64,000 nucleotides of DNA from Octopus bimaculoides (taxonomy: Eukaryota), in assembly GCF_001194135.2 (NCBI RefSeq), contig NC_068981.1:1097146-1161145 (forward strand), read 5' to 3'. Positions 13,872-24,847 of the stretch are shown piece by piece; within the stretch, counting starts at the first letter, position 1; each line of letters begins with the position of its first letter. The notes below the pieces were generated by a model that did not search any database, was not told the origin of the DNA, and worked only from the letters and a program-made list of their open reading frames with translations. A program made the position numbers and the translations under genes.

Positions 13872-16800
13872 TTATATGGATGTGTATATAAGTGTGTGTA
13901 TATCTATATGAATGTATATGTGTGTGTGTGTGTGTATGGTGTCATGCAAATGGCACCCGTACTGGTGGCACATAAAAGCACCCATTACACTCTTGGAGTG
14001 GTTGGCATCATGAAGGGCATCCCGGTGTAGAAAGCCATGCCAGATCAGACTGGAGTCTGGTGCAGCCTTCCAGCGTGCCAGCCCTGGTCAAACCGTCCAA
14101 CCCATGCCAGCATGGGCAACGGACGTTAAATAATGACGATGGTGATTATTCTATCACAAATTTATTTCTTATTTATTCACCCTCGCTTTGAATTAATCAC
14201 GCATTGTCTTGTAGCTTCAGGATTTCAATGGTGTGTTTCTATATTTCTAGGATGATGTTGTAGGGTAGGTGCAAGAGGTTAGATCTGGTCAGTTTTGAAA
14301 TAAAGCCAGGAGAATATTTGGGCCAGATATGTCCGGATTAAATGCTAAGGAGTTAAAAGGCAGCTATTTACAGTTTAATAGTAAAGTTGGTAGAAGGGAT
14401 CACCAAAAAATATTGTTTCTTTTTTTCTTTTTTTGGAGTTGAGGTTTGAAAATAGCAGCAGAGAAAACTATATTGTATGGGTGGGTGATGGCAGTTAATA
14501 AATGAATGAAAGAATTGGTTTTTGGGTGGAAGTGTGTAGACTTGATAAACTTGTGGGAGGCAGTGGGGGGGGGGGATGAAGAAAATGGCCATCATAATGC
14601 TTTCTAAAATGAACCGAAAACATCTGTTACTTTTTTTTGTGCTTTTGTTGTGAACCTTTTGAATCTATTCAGCAAATAGATAATTCATTTGATTTAGAAG
14701 AAAGCTATCTAACAACATTCAACATGTAGCCACATGTTGTTACGCAAGTATTTCTCATGTGAATAGAATATGATGATAAGGTCTAGAATGCACGGTGTAG
14801 TAAGGTATAAACTACATAGAATTAGATAAATAGTTATTTTCTGTTTCATTGATTGGTCTTTGAATATAAAGGATTCAATATGAAAGGAATATTGTTTTGG
14901 TATGGAATATAGCATATGTGTGTGTTTGTTCATTGAACATCCTTTTTTTTCCCCCCTTTCTATGGTAAAGTAGCTTCAATAGGGAGTCATCTGAGGCAGG
15001 CCACCAACTCTTATCTCTTTGGTTTTTTTCAAGGGATTTTTTTTTCTCTCATTCTACAGATTTAAAAGGGAATGTTAATGTTTCCATTTTGCTCAGGTGG
15101 TCGACAAGATTGGAATCTAATTTACTCACATCTACACTCACACATGCATACACATACGTTTATATACATATTTATATATATGCACACACACACGTGTGCA
15201 TACACGCTCTCTCTCTTTTCCTCTCTCTCTTATGCACACACATCATCATCATTTAACGTGTGTTTTCCATGCTGGCATGGTTTGACAGGAACTGACCAGC
15301 TGAAAGGCTGTACAGGCTCCATGTCTGTCTTGGCATGGTTTCTACAGTTGGATGCCTTTCCCAATGCCAGCCACTTTGCAGAGGGTATTGAATACTTTTA
15401 CGAAGCACCAACATAGATGCTTTTTACCTGGCACCAGCACCCATGAGCCTGCAAGGTTAAGGATGCCCAGCTGAAGAGGGGACAAGCATGTATGCAAGGG
15501 CAACCGCACTTTTACTTAGCTTGATGTGTCTTTCTAGGCTTCTTGCAGTTTCCACATCATCATCATCATCATCGTTTAATATCCGCTTTCCATGCTAGCA
15601 TGGGTTGGACGATTTGACTGAGGACTGGCAAGCCAGAAGGCTACACCAGGCTCCAATCTGATCTGGCAAAGTTTCTACAGCTGGATGCCCTTCCTAACAC
15701 CAACCACTCTGAGAGTGTAGTGGGTGTTTTTATGTGCCACTGGCATGAGGGCCAGTCAGGCGGTACTGGCAACGGCCACACTCAAAATGGTGTATTTTAC
15801 ATGCCACCTGCACAGGAGCCAGTCTAGCAGCACTGGCAACGACCTCGCTCGAATGGTATTTTTCACATGCCACTGGCACAAGTGCCAGTAAGGCGACGCT
15901 GGTAACGATCACGTTCAAATGGTGCTTTTAAAAAACATAAGTATTGGGGTCGATTCATTCGACTAAAAATTCGTTGAGTTAGTGCCCCAGCATGGCCATA
16001 GTCTAATGATTGAAACAAATAAAAGATAAAAGATAAAATGATTTTTTATGAAGCACTTGTTAATTCTTATACAGATTATGTTTATGTGGAGGCGCAATGG
16101 CCCAGTGGTTAGGGCAGCGGACTCGTGGTCATAGGATCGCGATTTCGATTCCCAGACCGGGCGTTGTGAGTGTTTTTTGAGCGAAAAGACCTAAAGCTCC
16201 ACGAGGCTCCGGCAGGGGATGGTGGCGAACCCTGCTGTACTCTTTCACCACAACTTTCTCTCACTCTTACTTCCTGTTTCTGTTGTACCTGTAATTCAAA
16301 GGGCCAGCCTTGTCACACTGTGTCACGCTGAATATCCCCGAGAACTACATTAAAGGTACACGTGTCTGTGGAGTGCTCAGCCACTTTGCACGTTAATTTC
16401 ACGAGCAGGCTGTTCCGTTGATCGGATCAACTGGAACCCTCGATGTCGTAAGCGATGGAGTGCCAACAACAACACGTTTACTACCTGGGTTTCCTAAAAG
16501 ACCCACAGTCAGACTTTCAACTAAAATATGTATTGTTGGCCGTCTGTTTAAAACCAATAATCTAAATTCCTGGTAGTTCTTTTTCTTCTTCAAATATTTA
16601 TTGATTATTTCAGGTAATCAGTAAACACAAAGCAGTTCTGGTGAAATTTGATGAAACTTATCCTTATGGGGAAAAACAAGAGCAGTTTAAAAAGGTTGCT
16701 CAGTCGTCTTACGTACAACCAGAGTTACTAATTGCTGAAGTTCAAATTGCTGGTAAGTATTAAGGTTATTATTATTATTATTACCTTCGCCTTAGCAAAG

Positions 16801-19800
16801 CGGGAGGTATTGTTTTCAGTCGTGTTTGTTTGTTTGTTTGTGTGTCCATGGACAAAATATCTCAAGAATCACTGGATGGATTCAGCTGAAACTTTCAGGG
16901 ATGTTTGGCCTCACAACTGGCACAAACTGATCAGATTTTGGGATCAATCCGGTACCAGACAAGGATTCTGGATTATTTTTCCGGTTTTTTCACTTAATTC
17001 TTGAGAACGTTCGGGTTCATTTTCAGTATTCTCCTTTGTGAGAGCAGTCGAGTTTATTTCAGATATTCTCATTTTAAAAATCATCTCTGGTTAATCATTG
17101 AGAGGACGTTGGTGTTGCCTTGGCGGAGGTTTTCACTCTCTGAGTGCTCTTGTTGTTGTTATTATTATTATTATTATCATCATATAAGGCAGCAGAATTG
17201 TTAGCACGCTGGACGAAATACTTACTGGTATTTCATTTGCCGTTACCTTCTGAGTTCAAATGCTGCCAGGATTGACTTCGCCTTTCATCCTTTCAGGATA
17301 AGTTAAGTACCAGTTGCATGCTGGGGTCCGACTGGCCCCTCCCCAAAGATTTCGGGTCTTGTGCCTAGAGTAGAATAGATTATTTAAGCTTACATTCCTC
17401 TGTGGTGGTGTTTTGCATTTACAATCGTGGTACTCCGTCAGTTACGATGACAAGGGTTCCAGTTGATCCGACCAACGGAACAGCCTGCTCGTGAAATTAA
17501 TGTGCAAGTGGCTGAGCACTCCACAGACATGTGTACCCTTAACGTAGTTCTCGGGGAGATTCAGCGTGACACAGTGTGACAAGGCTGGCCCTTTGAATTA
17601 CAGGTACAACAGAAACAGGAAGAAAGGGTGAGAGTTGTGGTGAAAGAATAAAGCAGGGTTTGCCACAACCCCCTGCTGGAGCCTCGTGGAGCTTTAGGTG
17701 TTTTCGCTCAATAAACACTCACAGCGCCTGGTCTGGGAATCGAAACCGTGATCCTACAATTGCGAGTCCGCTACCCTATCCACTGGGCCATTGCACCTCT
17801 GCTTTTATAATAACATAAATATATACAAATTATAAAAATCATAAAAAAATATTTGCAAACCTCTGCTTCTTTGAATATTGCCATAATAGATGAGCTTTTG
17901 TTTTTTGATCCACTGGACGTGTAATGTCAGTGTGCACACACGACAGAGTGTAAGTGCTCTGAGAGAAATGTTGGACATAAGAAGCATCGGATATAACATG
18001 CAAGAGAGACGTTTGTGTTGGTATGGTCATGTACTACGGATGAATGAGGAGAGCTGTGTGAAGAAGTGCCACTCTGAAACAGATTTTCACCTATTGCGGG
18101 GGTTTTGGGAATGTAACACCTGCGATAGTTGAGGGATTAGTATATAATAACCCTTTATTTTGGGAAAGATTCCTCTTTACAAATAGAAGAAAGAAAATAA
18201 TCAATGATTTCAGAGAAATGTGTTGTTATCAATTGCCGATTCTAGTTTATCATGTTTGTTCTTTTCATTGTTGTCTTTAATATGAATATTTTATTTTTTT
18301 TAANNNNNNNNNNAATTGCCGATTCTAGTTTATCATGTTTGTTCTTTTCATTGTTGTATTTAATATGAATATTTTATTTTTTTTAACAGTTTCTGGAAAA
18401 TACTATTTTAATTAATTTTTTTTATCTATCTTAAAGATTATGGTGAACAAGAAAATATGGACCTTGCTACTCGGTTTAATGTTAAAAAAGAAGATTTCCC
18501 TGTTTATAAACTATTTCTGCAGGATAAGAAAGAACCGATCGCTTATACAGGAAATGTTAAAGATTCTGCAGCAATAAAAAGATTTGTTATGAAAAATACA
18601 GGTTTGTAACAAGCTTTTTTACTTTAGCCTCCATCTCTCTCTCATTCTAGTTGGGGTAGCCATGTATTCACCTCTTCAGAAAGACACCTGTTCTTGTAAG
18701 GTGTCAAGCTGGTAGAAATGTTAGCACGCCGGGAGAAATGCTTAGCGGCATTTTGTCTGTCTTTATGTTCTGAGTTCAAATTCCTCTGAGGTCGACTTTG
18801 CCTTTCATCCTTTCGGAGTCGATAAATTAAGTACCAGTTACGCACTGGGTTGATCTAATTAACTGGCCCTCTCCCCCCAAAATTTGGGCTTTGTGCCTAG
18901 AATAGAAAAGACGCCTGTTCTTGTCCCTCTATCATACTATCACATCACTCAATGCTGTACCCATCTCAGTTGAGGTTGTCTTGGTAACCTCACTAGTGCT
19001 GTTACCACAAAAAAAAAAAAGCATTGAGTACGTTGTAAAGTGATTAGTGTTAGGAACTGCATCCATCTGTAGAAACCATACCAAACCAAGCATTAGAGCT
19101 CAGCATAGCTCTCTGGCTCATCAGTTCCTTTTGAACTGTCTAACCCATGCCAGCATGGAAAAAAGGATGTTAAATGATGATAATGATTTGTTGTTGTCGT
19201 GTATCACATGCCTGCAGTGCATTGAGGGCACTGCAACAAAAGTTTTCCTGTTTAAGCAGGAGTTCTCCCACCATTGCACCACTCTTGTCCAAGTCCATCC
19301 ATTGTGTTTTTTTTTTTGCCCACCCTTTGATCTACTGCCCTCTGCTTTTCCTTCCATGATGATGCTTTGCAAACCTCTGCTTCTTTGAATATTGCCATAA
19401 TAGATGAGCTTTAAGCTAGCATGATCAGCTGGATGTGTAATGTCAGTGCGCACACACGACAGAGTGTAAGTGCCCTGAGAGAAATGCTGGACATAAGAAG
19501 CATCGGATGTGGCGTGCAAGAGAGACGTTTGCGCTGGTATGGTCATGTACAATGGATGGATGAGGAGAGTTGTGTGAAGAAGTGCCACTCCCAAACAGTG
19601 GAAGGAATCCGGGATAGAGGGAGACCCAGGAAGACCTGGGATGAGGTGGCAAAGCATGACCTTCAGACGTTGGGCCTCACAGAGGAAATGACAAAAGACC
19701 AAGACCTCTGGAGATATGCTGTGACTGAGAAGACCCGGCTAATAAAATGAGTTCACAGCTGTAACCTACACCAGAGTCGCATAACCAGCCCACTCAAAAG

Positions 19801-21444
19801 TACCTTGGATTGTAGGGCGACATGCTGTGCTTGAGGAGACCTACTGAGTCAAATACATCAAAATGAAAATCAAATGGAAATTGTAGCTGTGATTCCTGTG
19901 CCAGTGGCATGTAAAAAGCACCATCCATACGTGGTCAATGCCAGCGTCGTTTTGACTGGCTTCCGTGCTGGTGGCACGTAAAAAGCACCATACGATCGTG
20001 GTCGTTGTCAGCCTCCTGTCGCCCCTGTGCCGGTGGCACGTAAAAAGCACCCACTGCACTCTCAGAGTGGTTGGCGTTAGGAAGAGCATCCAGCTGTTGA
20101 AACACTACCAGATCAGACTGGAGCCTGGTGCAGCCTCCTGGCTTCCAAGACCCTAGTTGAGCCGTCCAACCCATGCCAGCATGGAAAACGGACGTTAAAC
20201 GATGATGATGATGATGTTCAGGAATTGTCTTTCACCTACTTGTTGTAACACCCATTCATTTGTCTGATGGTGTATATAAGAAACTCTAAACATTCTCCTA
20301 TACACCCACATTATTTCAAACTCATTGGTTATATTCTTTTCAAATTTGTTCAGAGTCCATGCTTCACAACCATAAATGCCCATTGGCTAAACGAGTACCT
20401 CACTAGCCTTGTTTTTAATTTAGTTGGAACACTTTTGCTGTTCTAGATGTTATTAAACTTTTCCATGGATGTTCTTGCCAAGGCTAGCCATGTCCTAATT
20501 TCCTTAAATGTGGCTTCATCAGAGATTTGGGCTCCAAGATAAAGGATTAGATAGACTAAATTTGGCTTATTTAAAAAAAAAGATTTTTAATTTCTTTCAC
20601 AAAATTTAAGTAGCAATAAATTTATTTTATTTAAATTCACTATCATTATCATCATTTAACATCTATTTTCCATGCTGGCTTGGGTTGGACAGTTTAGCAG
20701 GAGCTGACAAGCCAGAGAGCTGCACTGACTCCAATTGTCTGTTTTAGCCTGGTTTCTACTGCTAGATTGCCATTCCTAATGCAAACCACTTTACAGAATG
20801 TATCATCATCATTTAATGTCCGTTTTCAATGCTGGCATGGATTGGACAGTTTGGCTGAAGACTGGGGAGCTGTGCCAGGTTTTTATCTGATTTGGCAAGG
20901 TTTCTACAGCTGGATGCCCTTCCTAACGCCAACCACCCCGAGAGTGTAGTGGGTGCTTTTTACATGCCACTGGCATGCTGGGTGCTTTTTATGTGCTGCT
21001 AGCCTTTTATGTGGCACCAGCATCTGGCGGGTTGCCAAGTAGCTTGCAAGACAAAGACCTCTCAGGTGTCACTATTAATTATTGTTTTTTTTCTTCTTTT
21101 TTTAATAAATTTCAGATCTCTGGCTAGGAATGCCAGGCTGTTTAGAAGACTATGATGCTCTTGTGAAGAACTTTGCCCGTGCTTCATCTGAAGAGAGACA
21201 AGCAATTCTTGCCGAAGCTGAAGAAATTAAAAATAAGTATAGAAATGATGTGCAGAAATCCTACGCTACAATCTATGTAAAAACAATGAAAAAAATAATG
21301 GAAAAGAACGATTTCTTGGCATCAGAAATGAAACGAGTAGAGAAATTAAAAGACGGAAAAGTAAGTGACAAAAAGAAGGAGCAGCTTAGTGATAGATTAA
21401 ACATTCTTAATTCCTTCCATGTAAAATTCCAAGACGAACTATAA
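7623..21444 (+). CDS. ERP29: Endoplasmic reticulum resident protein 29 (ERp29/windbeutel family), full CDS join(7623..7742,16614..16752,18437..18601,21116..21444), 250 aa
   Basis: Four GT-AG exons join in frame (120+139+165+329=753 nt). Translation: MAHQSTPTALFILFLALLWPACLA (signal peptide) EMIKGSVPLNSGVFDK VISKHKAVLVKFDETYPYGEKQEQFKKVA..DYGEQENMDLATRFNVKKEDFPVY..WLGMPGCLEDYDAL..FHVKFQDEL*. The motifs VKFDxxYPYGEKQ, LGMPGC and a KDEL-like terminus match the ERp29 family; no CXXC. Confidence 0.96.
9574..10398. repeat. Identical 135-bp inverted duplication (9574..9708 / 10264..10398) flanking a SINE and an N gap
   Basis: Base-by-base reverse complement with no mismatch seen. Confidence 0.85.
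11587..11939 (+). mobile_element. SINE, same family as 4161..4570
   Basis: Full-length alignment to 4161..4570. Confidence 0.85.
12006..12110. repeat. Perfect 20-bp inverted repeat enclosing 65 bp (mini-MITE)
   Basis: ATAATTAAACATTGGTCATA / TATGACCAATGTTTAATTAT. Confidence 0.75.
16089..16470 (+). mobile_element. tRNA-derived SINE (family with central domain GGGCCAGCCTTGTCACAC), upstream of ERp29 exon 2
   Basis: A box TGGCCCAGTGG, B-box-like GATTTCGATTCCC, (AAC)n tail. Confidence 0.85.
16614..16752 (+). CDS. ERP29: ERp29 coding exon 2
   Basis: tttcag| VISKHKAVLVKFDETYPYGEKQEQFKKVAQSSYVQPELLIAEVQIA G|gtaagt; 139 nt. Confidence 0.95.
16783..17152 (+). mobile_element. Helentron-associated non-autonomous element (HINE/DINE-1-like)
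   Basis: 5' CCTTCGCC, (GTTT)n core, sub-terminal CCTTGGCGGAGG and 3' stem CACTCTCTGAGTG, inserted in (ATT)n; second copy at 54357..54690. Confidence 0.7.
17425..17799 (-). mobile_element. Inverted copy of the same SINE downstream of ERp29 exon 2; older copies at ~24140..24450 and ~25930..26110
   Basis: Full-length reverse complement of 16089..16470 with scattered mismatches. Confidence 0.85.
18437..18601 (+). CDS. ERP29: ERp29 coding exon 3
   Basis: ttaaag| (D)YGEQENMDLATRFNVKKEDFPVYKLFLQDKKEPIAYTGNVKDSAAIKRFVMKNT G|gtttgt; 165 nt. Confidence 0.93.
19200..20400 (-). mobile_element. Older BovB-like RTE fragment split by the 19415..20215 insertion
   Basis: 20216..20390: YGCEAWTLNKFEKN..FEIMWVYRRMFRVSYIHHQTNEWVLQQVGE; 19200..19412: LIYYGNIQRSRGLQSIIMEGKAEGSRSKG. 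Confidence 0.72.
19415..20215 (+). mobile_element. RTE-clade LINE 3' end (C-terminus, 3' UTR with tandem repeats, (GAT)n tail)
   Basis: ERRLRWYGHVQWMDEESCVKKC..GRPRKTWDEV..DLWRYAV; tail GATGATGATGAT. Confidence 0.88.
21116..21444 (+). CDS. ERP29: ERp29 coding exon 4 (helical D domain, QDEL retrieval signal, stop)
   Basis: tttcag| (D)LWLGMPGCLEDYDALVKNFARAS...LNILNSFHVKFQDEL TAA; overlaps ORF-track ORF 21130..21444. Confidence 0.96.
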
Positions 21445-21954
21445 CAGGTCCCAGCTGTTTTAATCATTATTATTTTTTTTTTTTTTCTGAAATACTATTC
21501 ATATACATGATTAATATATTTCCATATCAATAACATCATTCCTCTTTATATTTCTTTTTAGAGAAAAACAAACAAACAAAATGTGTAAAACAAAACTTTT
21601 ATTTCATGTTACACCTCTTGGAGAATGTTTTTTCTTTCTGTTTTGAAAGGTTTTTTTTTTTTTACAAGTTTGTTGTAAGCATTTAGATTAAATAGTATTA
21701 ATTTAAGACATAGTACTAAACGCATTTAAGTTTGGAACATAGCAAAGTATAAATGCCCCTAATGCTGCTGATTATTTTAATCTTATGTTTCAGAAGTTCC
21801 ATATTTTAAGTTTGTGACCATATTCCAAAGAGTAACAATTGTCATTAAATTCTTGAAAATCTTGATAATTTAACTTAGATTATACTAAAATTTAGACTTT
21901 CTGCAAACAATCTTATTTAAAATGTAATTGGCAAAAAAAAAATGGGAAAAGTAA

Positions 21955-22160
21955 CCCTTTAGTGTTCACATCACTCAGTCAAATGTATTTTGGATTAATC
22001 CTGCATTATCTCATAGTTTTGAGATTTTGATGAAGTGATCGTTTATATTTTATTTTTAGAATGACATTGTAGGTTAGGTGTGAGAGATCAGATCTGACTG
22101 GTTTGAAAAATAAACAAGTAGAATATTTGGGCCGGATATGGCTGGTTTAATGCTAAAGGG
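21955..22160. mobile_element. piggyBac-like MITE downstream of the ERp29 stop; a related fragment lies at ~14170..14350
   Basis: (G)TAA CCCTTTAG ... CTAAAGGG TTAA; internal similarity to 14170..14350. Confidence 0.7.
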
Positions 22161-22480
22161 TTAAAATTTTTCTTATTAACTTTTCAAATTCTTTTAATTC
22201 CTTACTTTTTACAATGTATATTTTTGAGTTTTGAAGTGGAAAAAAAAAAAAGGGTTTTCAAAGAATTGATCTGTTCATATACTGATTTTATTAAATACAA
22301 TTTGGACAAAATATGCATTATTTAAACTTAGGCTCACCCCACCCAAATATGTTGCATTGCTTTAAGGTTTTTAAAAAAATTTTATTTCAATGAAAATGAT
22401 AGATATTAAATCAGTGGAATGGTGATCAATTTCTTTTGCTGAAATTATAAGGCCGTAGGCTTGTTAAATTCATCAGTTTG

Positions 22481-22533
22481 GATGTTTCTGTCTGACGAGA
22501 CACAACATGTCGAAACATAAGTGTCTCAGAATC
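22481..22533 (+). ncRNA. Type I hammerhead ribozyme motif downstream of the ERp29 stop codon
   Basis: GATGTTTCTGT-CTGACGA-GACA caaca TGTC-GAAACA taag TGT-C/TCAGAATC: complete core, stems II and III, GUC triplet, stem I UUCUG/CAGAA. Confidence 0.72.
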
Positions 22534-22990
22534 TATTTTTACTAATGAACAGAAAGTGTTATGAACACAGATTCGTCACAAAAAAGGAGAAGTCTCTTGT
22601 GACGAACACAACAGCAATTGACATATTTTTTGTTTGAATGTTTCAGAGTGTATTACAAATAAACATGCAAGTCCTTATTATGTATTGAAATATAGGGAAA
22701 CTAGAGAGATAGGAACACGGAAATTTGTTGTAGTAAGGTTACTCCGCATGGAAAATATGTTTATTCACTGTAGTTGATTCATTATCGAAATTATTTGGAA
22801 AAAAGCTGCATTTTTTTTCAGTTCTCCATTTTGTTGGCTGTTTTTTTCTTTTCTTTAAAAGTATTGATCTCATTTTCAACTATCAGTAATTACAATTATA
22901 AGCAGATATTTTTGGAAGGAGGTGTATATATGTTATGTAACACAATCAGTTTATATTGCCTAAACATTCAAAACACTTTATGTTTACAAT

Positions 22991-22996
22991 AATAAA
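22991..22996 (+). promoter_or_regulatory. Candidate distal ERp29 polyadenylation signal (AATAAA); alternatives AATAAA at 22109 and 22658, ATTAAA near 21687 and 21844
   Basis: Hexamer followed by U/GU-rich sequence; usage cannot be determined from DNA alone. Confidence 0.35.
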
Positions 22997-23139
22997 CTAT
23001 TTAAAACTTTTACTTTATACTGGGCTTTGTGATTATTATTATTATTATTCTGTTGGTTAAAATGCCTGACAACAAATCATTCGGTTAGAAAACAGCCTTT
23101 AAATATTTCCCCTTCCAGTTAATAATTAACGTAGGATAA

Positions 23140-23770
23140 GGTGATGAGCTGGCAGAATTGTGATCATGCTGGAGAAAATGCTTAGCGGTATGTCTTCCAT
23201 CTTCAGGTTCTGGGTTCAAATTCCGCCAAGGTTGAGTTTACCTTTCATCCTTTTGGAGTCGATAAAATGAGAAGCTGTTGAGCACCAGGATGGATTTAAT
23301 TAACTTACTCGTTTCCCCCCAAATTGCTGGCCTTGTGCCAAAATTTGAAACTATTATTATTATTAACATGGTGAGCTGGCGGAATTGTTAGCATGCCGGA
23401 CAAAATGCTTAACAGAATGCAATCCATTCTGAGTTCAAATTTCACTGAAGTTGACTTTGCCTTTCATCCTTTCAGGGTCATTAAAACAAGTACCACTCCC
23501 CTGAAATTGCTGGCCTTGTGCCAAAATTCGAAGCCGATATCTACAATGCTACTAAAGTAACGAGCTGGCAGAACGATTAGCATGCTGGGCAAAATGCTTA
23601 GTGACATTTCGTCTGCCTCTATGTTCTGAGTTCAAATTCTGCAGAGGTTGACTTTGCCTTTTATCCTTTTGGAGTTGATAAAATAAGCTGTTGAGCACCA
23701 GGATGGATTTAATTAACTTACTCTTTCCTTCCAAAATTGCTGGCCTTGTGCCAAAATTTGAAATCATTCT
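23140..23770 (+). mobile_element. Three head-to-tail copies of a second tRNA-derived SINE family (GAGCTGGCAGAA..GAGTTCAAATTC..CTTTCATCCTTTCGGGGTCGAT); other copies at ~2763..3000, 9750..9889, 13385..13592, 17195..17380, 18703..18910, 24460..24630(-), 38320..38520(-), 43155..43338, 51990..52140(-), 54190..54330(-)
   Basis: A/B-box-like motifs and a shared body. Confidence 0.82.
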
Positions 23771-23794
23771 TATTAATGTTGGATTTCTCTGTTT

Positions 23795-23975
23795 ATATTT
23801 AGGTGTAGGGGCAACTGTGTTGTTTATATTTGGGTGTAAGGGCAACTGTGTTGTTTATATTTAGGTATAGGGGCAACTGTAGTTTATATTTACGTGCAGG
23901 GGCAACAATGTGGTTTATATTTAGGTGTAGGAGTCAACTGTGTGGTTTATATTTAGGTGCAGGGGCAACTGTGTG
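23795..23975 (+). repeat. ~29-bp minisatellite (TTTATATTTAGGTGTAGGGGCAACTGTGTTG)x6 leading into a SINE head
   Basis: Direct reading; the last unit continues as a degenerate SINE. Confidence 0.85.
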
Positions 23976-24632
23976 GTAACTTGCTTCTCAGCCACGAGGT
24001 TTTAGGCCCGGTCCTTCTGTGCAGTGTTGGGCATGTATTTCCTACTGTAGCTCCAAGTCAACTAAATGGCTTTTGAGTGAATTTGGTAGTTGGGGCTGTA
24101 AGGAAGCCCATTGTATATAAATAAACTCATTGAAAAGACGTATGGCTTAATGGTTAGGGTCCTCAGCTGATGAGTCATAAGGTTGTGAGTTTGATTCCTA
24201 GCAGTCTGTTTATGTCCTTGAGCAAGACACTTTATTTCATGTTGCTCCAGTCCATTCAACTGGCAACAACGAGTTGTACCTGTAATTCAAAAGGGGCCAG
24301 CCTTGTCACACTCTGTGCCATGCTGAATCTCCCTGAGAAATATGTTAAGGGTTCACGTGCCTGTGTAGCGCTCAGCCACTTGCACATTAACTACATGAAC
24401 AGATTGTTCTGTTGATTGGACCAACTGGAACTCTTGTCATAATTAATGGAGAGCCGAAATTTTTGGGGTAGGGGGCCAATTGATTAAATCAACCCAGTAT
24501 GCAACTGGTACTTAATTTATTGACCCCAAAATGATGAAAGGCAAAGTCAACGTCAGCGGAATTTGAACTCGGAACGTAAAGACAGACGAAATACTGTTGA
24601 GTATTTCATCCGGCGTGCTAACGTTTCTGGCT

Positions 24633-24683
<51 letters not shown>

Positions 24684-24847
24684 CCTGAAATATGGTATAT
24701 ACACTCATCACTCATCACTCATCTCTGATCTTGTTGCTTGTTTACATCTGATGTCTCAGTATGAAAGATTGTAGCAAAAAGTCTGTACTGGGAATAATTT
24801 CTGTAGAAACAACCTTAACAAAAGAATGGTGTTAATAATACAAAGTT

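Noticed and set aside
18230-18385. Direct duplications flanking 10-N gaps (also ~27985..28040 and ~30245..30345)
   Set aside because: Typical contig-overlap scaffolding artefacts.
7623-21444. Idea that ERp29 is nested inside an AACS intron
   Set aside because: The last AACS exon and stop were found at 27343..27480, so the genes are convergent neighbours, not nested.
24160-24200. CTGATGAGTC
   Set aside because: Part of a tRNA-like SINE head; no GAC-GAAAC partner.
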